NCBI GenBank assembly: GCA_038087875.1
Contig: CM075985.1
Location: forward strand, 13,764,001-13,828,000
From: Malacoraja senta
Taxonomy: Eukaryota
Length of the DNA: 64,000 nucleotides
Direction of reading: 5' to 3'
The notes under the pieces were generated by a model, which saw only the letters and a program-made list of their open reading frames with translations, made no database searches and was not told the origin of the DNA. Every line of letters begins with the position of its first letter. The first letter of the stretch is position 1. The position numbers and the translations under genes are program-made. Positions 48,100 through 58,056 of the stretch are shown in pieces.

Positions 48100-50579
48100 T
48101 ATTCAGATTCAGATTCAGATTCAACTTTATTGTCATTGTGCAGTGTACAGTACAGAGACAACGAAATGCAGTTAGCATCTCCCTAGAAGAGCGACATAAA
48201 TATGAGCAGTAAATAAATAAATCTAATAAATCCTAGTGGGAAGAGTGTCCGGGGGGGGGGGTGGGGGTGTGATTGGCAGTCACCGAGGTACAGTGTTGAG
48301 TAGTGTAACCGCCGCAGGGAAGAAGCTGTTCCTGGACCTGCTGGTCCGGCAACGGAGAGACCTGTAGCGCCTCCCGGATGGTAGGAGGGTAAACAGTCTG
48401 TGGTTGGGGTGAGAGCAGTCCTTGGCGATGCTGAGCGCCCTTCGCAGACAACGCTTGCTTTGGACAGACTCAATGGTGGGGAGTGAGGAACCGGTGATGC
48501 GTTGGGCAATTTTCACCACCCTCTGCAGTGCTTTCCGGTCGGAGACAGAGCAGTTGCCATACCATACTGTGATGCAGTTGGTAAGGATGCTCTCGATGGT
48601 GCAACGGTAGAAGTTCACCAGAATCCGAGGAGACAGATGGACCTTCTTTAGTCTCCTCAGGAAGAAGAGACGCTGGTGAGCCTTCTTGACCAGAGTTGAG
48701 GTATTGTTGGTCCAAGAGAGGTCATCGGAGATGTTGACCCCCAGGAACCTGAAGCTGGAAACGCGTTCCACCTCCCTCCCGTTAATGTGGATGGGGGTGT
48801 GCATGCCGCCCCTAGACTTCCTGAAGTCTACAATGAGCTCCTTGGTCTTCTTGGAGTTAAGGGCCAGGTTGTTGTCAGCGCACCATGCTGCTAGGAGCTG
48901 GACCTCCTCCCTATAGGCCGACTCATCGTTGTTGCTGATGAGGCCAATCACCGTTGTATCATCTGCATACTTGATGATGGTGTTAGTACCATGTACAGGT
49001 GTGCAGTCGTAGGTGAAGAGGGAGTAGAGGAGGGGGCTCAGCACACAGCCCTGTGGAACGCCGGTGTTCAGGGTGAGGGTTGAAGAGGTGTGCTTGTCTA
49101 ACCTAACAGACTGGGGTCTGTTGGTTAGAAAGTCCAGTATCCAGTTGCAGAGGGAGGGGTCGATGCCCAGGTCACCGAGTTTGGTGATCAGTTTAGAGGG
49201 TATGATGGTGTTGAATGCTGAGCTGTAATCGATGAACAGCATTCTTACGTAAGTGTCTCTGTTGTCGAGGTGGGAGAGGGCGGAGTGAAGTGCCGTTGAG
49301 ATGGCATCCTCCGTACTCCTGTTCTTGCGGTAGGCAAACTGATAGGGATCCAACGTGGGGGGTAGGCAGCCTTTGAGGTGTGCCAGGACCAGCCTCTCGA
49401 AGCACTTGGCGATGATGGGAGTAAGTGCAACTGGGCGGAAGTCGTTGAGGCTTGCCGCAGTGGAGTGTTTTGGCACCGGCACGATGGAGGTGGATTTAAG
49501 GCACGTGGGCACAACTGCTTGGGCAAGTGACAGGTTGAAGATGTCAGTCCAGACGTCTGTCAGCTGCGCAGCACAGGCCCTGAGGACGCGCCCGGGGATG
49601 CCGTCGGGGCCAGCAGCCTTACGTGCATTAGTCCTACTCAGTGCCACGTACATGTCGAAGGGGGTGAGTGAGAGGGGCTGGTGATCGGCAGGGAGCACCG
49701 CCTTGATGGCCAACTGCCGATTGTCCCTATCGAAACGGCCATAGAAGTGGTTGAGCTCCTCAAGGAAGGAGGCGTTACTGGATGTGGGGGTGGTGTTGGT
49801 GGGTCTAAAGTCCGTGATGGCGTGGATGCCTTGCCACATGCGTCGGGGGTCGGAGTTGTTGTTGAAGTGCTCCTCAATCCTGAGTTTATGGCAGTGCTTG
49901 GCCTTCTTTATGCCCTTCTTCAGGTTAGCCCTGGATGAACTATAGGCTCGGGCATCGCCTGACCTGAAAGCGGTGTCCCGTGCTTTCAGCAGTAGCCTGA
50001 CCTCGCTGTTCATCCATGGCTTCTGATTCGGGAATATGGTCACCTGTTTGAGGGAGGTGACACTGTTGATGGTGGAGTTTATAAAGTCCAGAACAGATAA
50101 TGTATAGGAGTCAATGTCCGTGTGGGAGTCAAGGGTGGCCTGGGCTGCAAACGCCTTCCAGTCAGTGTTTCCAAAACACTGCTGAAGTGTGGAGTCCGCA
50201 TCCTCTGACCAGACTTTAACTGTCCTCACAGTGGGTTTAACCCGTCTGATGAGTGGGGAGTACTTTGGGAGCAGGAACAATGAGAGGTGATCAGACTGTC
50301 CAAGGTGGGGGAGGGGGACGGCTTTGTAAGCTTCAGCCATGTTGGTGTAGACTTTGTCCAGTGTCTTGCCTTCTCTGGTGGCGAAGGAGACATGTTGGTG
50401 GAATTTGGGGAGTACAGTCTTCAGGTTGGAGTGATTGAAGTCACCCGCAACAATGAAGGCTGCCTCGGGGTTGTGAGTCTGTTGTTTGCTAATGGCAGAA
50501 TGCAGATCTTTCATTGCAAGCTTGGCATTAGCATCAGGAGGAATATAGGCTGCAGTCACAACAGTGGAGGTAAACTCTC
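48100..50579 (-). mobile_element. Rex1/Babar-clade LINE, 5'-truncated and young, with (CTGAAT)n tail
   Basis: Unbroken APE-RT ORF, 3'UTR with aataaagttgaatctgaatctgaatctgaat; homology ends abruptly at about 50579 (REFTSTVVTAAYIPP). Confidence 0.95.
48280..50559 (-). CDS. LINE ORF2 (C-terminal half of AP-endonuclease plus reverse transcriptase), 759 aa, lacking the natural N-terminus
   Basis: APE motifs YIPP, AGDFNH, LDKVY, SDH; RT motifs KAAGPDGI, FRPVAL, QFAY, IDYSSAFNT, GVPQGCVLSPLL, YADD, FLG; Rex1-type C-terminus HP...FTLLPSGRRYRS...SFFP. Confidence 0.9.
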   Translation of the reverse strand: MTAAYIPPDANAKLAMKDLHSAISKQQTHNPEAAFIVAGDFNHSNLKTVLPKFHQHVSFATREGKTLDKVYTNMAEAYKAVPLPHLGQSDHLSLFLLPKYSPLIRRVKPTVRTVKVWSEDADSTLQQCFGNTDWKAFAAQATLDSHTDIDSYTLSVLDFINSTINSVTSLKQVTIFPNQKPWMNSEVRLLLKARDTAFRSGDARAYSSSRANLKKGIKKAKHCHKLRIEEHFNNNSDPRRMWQGIHAITDFRPTNTTPTSSNASFLEELNHFYGRFDRDNRQLAIKAVLPADHQPLSLTPFDMYVALSRTNARKAAGPDGIPGRVLRACAAQLTDVWTDIFNLSLAQAVVPTCLKSTSIVPVPKHSTAASLNDFRPVALTPIIAKCFERLVLAHLKGCLPPTLDPYQFAYRKNRSTEDAISTALHSALSHLDNRDTYVRMLFIDYSSAFNTIIPSKLITKLGDLGIDPSLCNWILDFLTNRPQSVRLDKHTSSTLTLNTGVPQGCVLSPLLYSLFTYDCTPVHGTNTIIKYADDTTVIGLISNNDESAYREEVQLLAAWCADNNLALNSKKTKELIVDFRKSRGGMHTPIHINGREVERVSSFRFLGVNISDDLSWTNNTSTLVKKAHQRLFFLRRLKKVHLSPRILVNFYRCTIESILTNCITVWYGNCSVSDRKALQRVVKIAQRITGSSLPTIESVQSKRCLRRALSIAKDCSHPNHRLFTLLPSGRRYRSLRCRTSRSRNSFFPAAVTLLNTVPR

Positions 50580-53500
50580 CTTACTTTGGAGAGGAAGAAG
50601 TATCATTTAACCTGATGTGTTTAGTTTATGATTTTGGCCTTATGAAAACATGATTGACTTGATCACCACATCATGGATCATCATGGATCATGGAAACTTT
50701 ATTGTCATTCAGACCTTTCGGTCTGAACGAAATTTCGTTGCCTTGCAGTCATACATATAATAAAATAACAAAACACACAATAAACACAAATTTAACATCC
50801 ACCACAGTGAGTTCACCAGATCACATAGTCTCGTAGTTGTGTCAGATGACTAGAGTTGGGCAAAAAAAGTTAAATTGGACAATAAGAGGAAAAGAAAAAA
50901 TATATATAATGTTTTATTTCACTTTCTTCATTCTTCTCCAGGTCCTTCCAAGGTAACAGCAGGATTCTGTTCCCGAGAACTGTTCGTAACCTGAACAGTT
51001 CACAAGTGGGAAATGCGGCCACGTACCGCTTTCTCACCAGGCAAAAGTTGCCTTCATCCCAGCAACAGCTGGTAAATCCACCCTGCTGGTCTCCTAAACA
51101 CTCCTTCATATGTACGGCTCTAGATAAGTTGACCATCCGTAAACTGGAGAGGTCATGTATTCGCTTTGGAAAGTACCTTCCTCGGAGGAGGAGGCAAAAA
51201 TAAGTTATTGACACTGGCGAATGCAGAAACGAAAATTGTTAAAGTTGTATTTGTGAATTAAACACTAAAAGAGTCCATATGCATATCCAGCTGTAAGTCA
51301 ATTAGTGCTACTAGGAGGTGAATTGACCTTTGTTGTTTGTGCGACCTATAAATGTTGGTCCATATAAAGTACAAGCAAATTTCCAACTGGACAGTTCTAC
51401 AGTAAGTGCTGCAGAGTTCTGGATTTCAAATGTAGCGAGTTATTGACATCTATTAAATCTAGTTTTAATTAAACTAAATACTTGGTTTAAGATGAAGGAT
51501 AATGCATTTCCTAATTATGTATATTAAGTTACCCCAAAGAAGAGCAAGAAATGTAAGATGTTTCTATTTTACTTGAGTTTTTGGCTATTTGCAAAGTGAA
51601 AGATTCAATTATCAAATGTGTTGGAAAATTTCCCAAGGAATGTACATAATATTTACAATTTTCCTTGTATTTAAACTGCTATAGTTATTTTGAAACTGTG
51701 CGCTAATAACTATACTACAAAATATTTAAGATATCTGCATCAACTTGACCTAGCAATATCAAAAAAAAAATTACATTTCTATAATCTACAACATTTTGAA
51801 AGCACTTTTTAAAATCCCATATTTGACCGAGTCAGAGGTATCAGTTTTCTTCAGGTCAAATGGCAAATTTTCTATTTGTCTTGAGTTTTTTTGACGAAGC
51901 TGTCTGTCACTTGAACTTCGGAAAGCATATGTTGTGAACTGTTTAGTTTTCATATGCTAAATCATAACTATTACATGACAACTGTTAATCTTCAGTAGTC
52001 TCTAATATTTTTTTGCTGTTTTTTTTAGAACTATTAAATCTTTGCCTATGTTATACCTGAACAAAGCCTGGTTTATAGACGGACTCTTTTGTTATTCTTG
52101 GTGTTCTGCTTGTAAAATTATTTCTGTGGAATCAAAATCTTTATACATTTGGTCGCCCTCATTGAGAACAATACTTGCAAGAAGTTTCTTGCAAGTCCAA
52201 TTTTCATTTCAGGCAGTCCTCCAGCAAACATTACAGGTTAGTTGAATTTTTTTTGTTTCCCAGTAGTTGAGTTAAAGTTGCAAGTGGATTTAGACTTTGT
52301 GCTGTGTTTACAAGAATTTCAACTTCTACAGATATGCAAAATGTAGCCCTAGAATTCATACTTTAAACACAATAACAGAAGCAAACATAAATTAACAATT
52401 TTATTAGGCATTTGAATGTGCAAGTGTTTTTGCACAAAGTATCCATTAATCTAATGACATCTCTAATTAGATCCAATCAGATACAAATATTTAACAAAGC
52501 AGAGCCCTCCTGTAATGATTTGCACTGGAGAATGCACAAATAACATTTTTGTTTGTTGGTTGCTCTTTTAAAAAAAAAATGTGATTTCAAAAATTCTAGG
52601 CACTTTAATCCCACAGGGGAAAAAACACAATTTGTGACCTTGCATGCAGCAACTATCCGTCGAGCATAATCTAGTTTTGAACTTAATATCCAAGCTCTCA
52701 GATATTTTTTAATATGCGTAATTCTGCTTTGGTCAAAAATTGACTGACATGTCCACTGGTACTTGGACAGACTTATTTGCTCTCAGGTTAAAGTTCTGTT
52801 GACATGTTATTAATAATTGACACCAGTTACTTTTCCACAACCCTCACAAATATATGCAATATATTCCGGTAGCTGAAACTAAAATCCATTTGTCAACTGA
52901 TTGTAGCCACGCCAATTATGAAAATCTAAACTTTCATTTCTATGTATTTGTGCTAAACTCAGTTTGAATATTTGATATTAGTATCAAGAACTCGCCAGTG
53001 ATTTAAAAAATTCATATTGTGATCCAGTGGAAAAGTCAGCATGGATATTTCGTGAATGATCTTGTTATTCAAAGATAGATATTAAATCAACAGAGAATGC
53101 CACTTCTAATATCTGTTCACGAGTCGCTTTGATTAACTGATGCTGGGACAGAAGAAACAACTTTCATCCAAGATCTCTATAGGTAATGAAACAACTGGAA
53201 TGACTAGAATCTTAAATAATAATGGTTCAGGAAGGAAGTTAAAATTAATATTTTCATTATATTATTTTTACCATTTTAATGTTTAATGTAAGGGGCCTGG
53301 TGGTCCTAATAAAAAAGGAAGTTAGCAATATTGATTAAATGTCCAGAATTAGTACCACAGATTAAGCACTGCAAAACCAGTGTAACGTCTAGGCAATTGA
53401 GGTTTTTGACAAAAGCAGATATATGTCACTGCAGATTTTTTTTTCCAAAGGTAAAATTAAACCATTAATTATGTTGAGTAAGGTCTTTTGTGGTGAGCAC

Positions 53501-53840
53501 TTCAGAACTGAAACAGCATTTAAATTACCTTGCCGTGTATGCCATAGAATGAACACAATGTTCGATGTGTAGATTTCGTTATTTGATTAATAACAAGACA
53601 AGGCTTAAATGAGAGATTGCAGTTTTGGACAGCAAGAATGAGTGAGGAATGGTTCTGTCTGATGCTAATCTGAGAAGGTGGAGTTTTTCAGCACTCCAGT
53701 AAAAACAGCAGGGGAAATAAATTATTTCTAGTCACTGCATTTTATGCCTGATCAGTTCCCAGTTTTAGTCGGTGTTCTGACTGGAGGGAAGACGTTTGTC
53801 GCCTTAAAACAAAGTTAACAATAAAAGACACGCCTTGAGG

Positions 53841-53958
53841 CACGTGGGAGGGAGCTGGAAAGTGGAATGGAATATGCTCTGAGAAAGACGTGTGTGAAAG
53901 CTGTATTGCAGCTTATGAAGCTGGTGTATTAGAATGCAGTAGAAACAGCTGACAGCTG
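53841..53958 (+). promoter_or_regulatory. Candidate regulatory motifs upstream of RELN: E-boxes and TALE/Meis site
   Basis: CACGTG at 53841-46; CAGCTGACAGCTG at 53946-58 (two CAGCTG overlapping TGACAG). Motif presence only. Confidence 0.3.
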
Positions 53959-54102
53959 GCAGTTCCTACAGTTTCTGGCTTATGACTTTCCCAACAGAAG
54001 CTCTCTAACATTAAACTTGTAATCTTTTTCCCACAGCAAAAGAAAACCCTCACTCACAAGAACCGGGTTTCTAGCAGAACAGCGTACGAAGAGGATAAAG
54101 AT

Positions 54103-54331
54103 ATGGATAAAAAACGATGCTTTAACACTTGGACTTTGTTCTTTCTGGTTGGAATATTCTCGTCAGATCTTGTCCGTGGCTCTGTGGGGTTTTACCCAAG
54201 GTTTGCCCCATTCTTTTTCCTCTGTACCCACCATGGAGAGCTGGAGGGTGATGGCGACCAGGGAGAGGTGTTGATGTCACTTCATATTGCGGGAAACCCA
54301 GGATATTATGTGCCTGGTCAAGAATATCATG
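54103..54331 (+). CDS. RELN: Reelin, first coding exon (signal peptide and start of reeler domain); gene continues beyond the window
   Basis: [26 protein letters not shown] (signal-peptide-like), then [47 protein letters not shown], matching the reelin N-terminus; phase-1 donor CATG|gtaggt; downstream of ORC5 as in human. Confidence 0.95.
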
Positions 54332-55560
54332 GTAGGTCACTTTCTGTATTTAAAGGTATATTGTTCTCTCTTTTTGTCTAGTTTAAAATAATGGTACAAG
54401 GATTAGTTTCAGGCGGACTCAAAATATGATTCTTTTCCATGGTATGATGTATGAAATGCATACATCCATCAAAACTGATAAGCATCTGGTTGAAGTCTGC
54501 ATATTTTAAATAATAATTTCTTTGTTTTCTGAGTCACGAATATTTAATATTTTGATGTTTACATTAAGAAGAGCAAGGTTTAAAAAAAAAAATACCATAT
54601 TAAGATGATATATTTGAACATCAGCTTTCTTGCTGATATGAGTTATAGAGACAAATGAATCCTTTGGGATTTCCTCCTTTGTTGTGAACCATTCCCTTTC
54701 TGTTCCTAAATCTCTGTCCTTCAAAGAGTCTGTACTAGAGATTGGGTGTATTAAACTAAGCCGGCAGGCCTGAGTAGGCTTTGTGTGTGGGCTCAACTCA
54801 AGTGTAAAAACCTTTTTGCTGAGACAGCTGTCAGTCCCAGACCGATCTGTGTTTTAAAAGTAGATATATTTCTGATGAGAGAGCATAGAGTGCACTCCTG
54901 GCTCATTTCTATCCTCTGGACTGCGTTCACAGCGAGTCAGATAATAATGGAATGCCCAGCACAGTATCTCCTATGTACATGTGTGAACTACAGCAGACTG
55001 TTCCCTGTAAACCAAAAGTGAGAGTTCAGGTCATCTGAGCATGGGGTTGAATTAACATGGAAAAGCAGCTTGACTTGAGCAGTTGGAAGCAAAAACGCCT
55101 ATCTTATATCCATAACGGAGATTCTGGCAAACTCCAGAGGAAAATAATTCGACAGGAAGCAAAAATATTAAACATGTTGATATAAAAGTCGAAAGTACAG
55201 TGGTTAAAGTTTTGAAATGTAGTCCTGAAAACAATAAAATCTCTTTTATTCCACACTGGATACCCTAGTTCGATGAAATCAGATGATGTATTTTATATTT
55301 AAACATGATTTTAACCCGTTCATTTCAAGTACTGGCAATTCATCCATTGGGATTAATTAGTGGGAAACAGCAGTATGTTGAATATACTGCACTTTTTCTG
55401 TAGATATGAAAATATTAAAAATGCAACTGTTCAGTTTTTTGTTTAATTAGTATTTCAGTGTTAGTAAATTATGGATAGAATGCAGAAAACCATAGGGAAC
55501 ACTACAGATTATTGTAAAAGCCTCAATGCAATTCGCTAACTAACAAAATAACCATAATGT

Positions 55561-55694
55561 GTAAGAAGGAACTGCAGATGCTGGCTTAAACCGAAGATAG
55601 ATGCAAAAAGCTGGAGTAACTCAGCGGGACAGGCAGCATCTCTGGAGAGAAGGAATGGGTGACGCTTCGGGTCGAAACCCTTCTTCAGATATCT
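55561..55694 (-). mobile_element. Short Penelope pLTR-derived element with 16-bp TSD
   Basis: AAAATAACCATAATGT at 55545-60 and 55695-710; minus strand CTGAAGAagggtttcgacccGAAGcgtc...cagcatctgcagttccttc. Confidence 0.88.
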
Positions 55695-56023
55695 AAAATA
55701 ACCATAATGTCTGGATTCCCCTTTATTTTGGGAATTGTTAATAATTGTACATCTTATTTTACAAAATAGACAACCTGTAACTAAATATTAACGATTCTGC
55801 TTGTCGGCAGATTAATTCAAATTTAGTTTGTTAGCCTCTAATATATTTGCTGTCAAAAAGTTGAGAATTTGCTTTTGTGAAAACTTCCAATTGAAGTGCT
55901 GATTCATTTAAATTACTTAATTGTTCATTGAGGCAGGTGTGCCAGGTATTGTCAGCATTGAGCTAACTCGTACATTTGGTTTTATACTTCAAATCAGAAT
56001 TAAATACCACCATTTATATAGTG

Positions 56024-56245
56024 TTTTAGAAGGAACTGCAGATGCTGGAAAATCGAAGGTAGACAAAAATGCTGGAGAAACTCAGCGGGTGAGGCGGCAT
56101 CTATGGAGCGAAGAAAATAGGCAATGTTTCGGGTCGAGACCCTTCTTCAGTCTGAAGAAGGGTCTCGACACGAAACGTTGCCTATTTCCTTCGCTCCATA
56201 GATGCTGCCTCACCCGCTGAGTTTCTCCAGCATTTTTGTCTACCT
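56024..56245. mobile_element. Palindromic Penelope pLTR-derived element with 15-bp TSD and two hammerhead motifs
   Basis: 94-bp inverted arms 56057-56150 / 56152-56245; ACCATTTATATAGTG at 56009-23 and 56246-60. Confidence 0.9.
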
Positions 56246-58056
56246 ACCATTTATATAGTGATGGGGACAAACCAATCTATAAATTTGCATTAGCAAGAAG
56301 CACTGTATCAATATATCGCCTAAATGTAAAATAAGTACGATAACTTATTTGCAAATAGTGGGGACTAGTATTCTCAATCCATTAAGACAAATTCAATACA
56401 GTAAATAGATTCAAAAGGTTGCTGCCTGCAAGTCATTACTGTACTCTGTGATTAAGGAGTCATGTTGACATTGAAGCATTTATTTGATTTGTTTTTTTAA
56501 TTCTGACACTAAACCAATTACATTAAAAAAATAAATTGGGTGACATTTTCTTTGCAGAGATTTACTTTCCTTGCATTGGATATATCCTAACATTTAGCCA
56601 CTCAGAAAATGAGGAGCAGGGGAGAGATGAGTTATCACAATGGGAAGGGTTGCATAGAAATTGTGTGCCCAGAGCATGTGTTATGGAAAGGATTGAAATC
56701 AGTCTTTTTCTTATTCTCTTATTTTACCGGAAACATTATCCTTTTCAAGTAGTCTTGTTGTGATATCAGCATCTTTGAGTGCTGATTTGAATCCGTACCT
56801 TGTCATAGTACAGTGTGAATGGACACTGTTGCTTTGTGGAGAGAGATTGGATATTAGATGCTCTTGGAGTACTGCCAGCTCTGTATTTCATCCACAGGTG
56901 ATATGTTTGGACACTGAAGGGGGAAAAAAAGAGTAAAAGAAACAAGTACGCCCTTGTTTATTTGTCAAATGCACTGGATATGAACCAGAACAATGAAATT
57001 CTACCTTGCTGCAACTTTGATACATTAGACGCAACAACAATAAACGTGCAATAAATTATCAATTATTCTAAGTAGATTAGACCATGATGGTGAAGAAATC
57101 AAAGTATAAAAAGCAATCATAGTTGTGCAAAGTCAGTAGTTGTTCCGTGCTGAGGTAATGTTGTTGTCTGGACTGTGTAAGGTGGTTCAAGAACCTGATG
57201 GTTGATGGGGAGAAGCTATTCTTGAACCTCAAGGCCGTGGTTCTCAGACTCTTGTATCTTCTTCCTGATTGTTCCAGCGAGAAGAGGGAGAGTTGCCAAT
57301 GTGGTGTGGGTCTTTGATGATATCAGCTGCAATCTTAAGTGGTGCTGACCTTCTCACCGTTCCAATGGGTGGGAGGTCAGTACCCGTGATCGATCGGGCA
57401 ATGCCCACTACTTTCTACAGCCTCCTTTGTTCTTGAGCATTCAAGTTTCCAAACCAGGTTGTGATTCAGCAAGTTAGTATACTGTACATTTGCAGAAATT
57501 GGATTATGTTTGGTGACATGCAGAATCTACTTAAACATCTGAGGAAGTAGAGGTTTTAGTGAGCTCCCTTTGTGATTTAATTGATGTGCTGGGCCTAAGA
57601 CAGATCATCAGGGATGTGTACGCCCAAGAACCTAACTTTTGATTCTTTCCACTGCCGTCTGCCCATGAAGATAGCTGCATTGTGTCTCGGCTTTCCCTTC
57701 CTGAAGTCGACAATCAGCACCGTGGTCTTGCTAATGTTAAGAGCAAGATCGTTGTTATGGTACCACTCAACTAGATTATCGATCTCCCTCCTGTGCTTGA
57801 CTCATCGAAATCTGTCCAACAATGGTGGGATTGTCAGCGAATTTAAAAATGATGTTGGTCTCATATTTAAGCTGCACAGTTCTGAGTATAGAGAGAGTAG
57901 AGCAGGGGACGGAGCAAACAGCCTTGAGGTGCTCCTGTACTGATGGTTAGCGAGTAAGTGGTGTTTTTGCCAAACAGTACTAATTGATATCTGCCAATGC
58001 AAAAGTCAAGAAACCAGTTGCATTGGGAGCAGAGATGCAGTTTCCTTGACAATGAG

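Noticed and set aside
48183-50610. Many short overlapping ORFs on both strands
   Set aside because: They are shadow frames of the GC-rich Rex1 ORF2, with no independent coding evidence.
19377-54037. In-frame ORC5-RELN fusion protein via a phase-0 ORC5 donor and the 54036 acceptor
   Set aside because: Frame-compatible, but a 22-codon open stretch is common by chance, the fusion would bury the signal peptide, and there is no transcript evidence.
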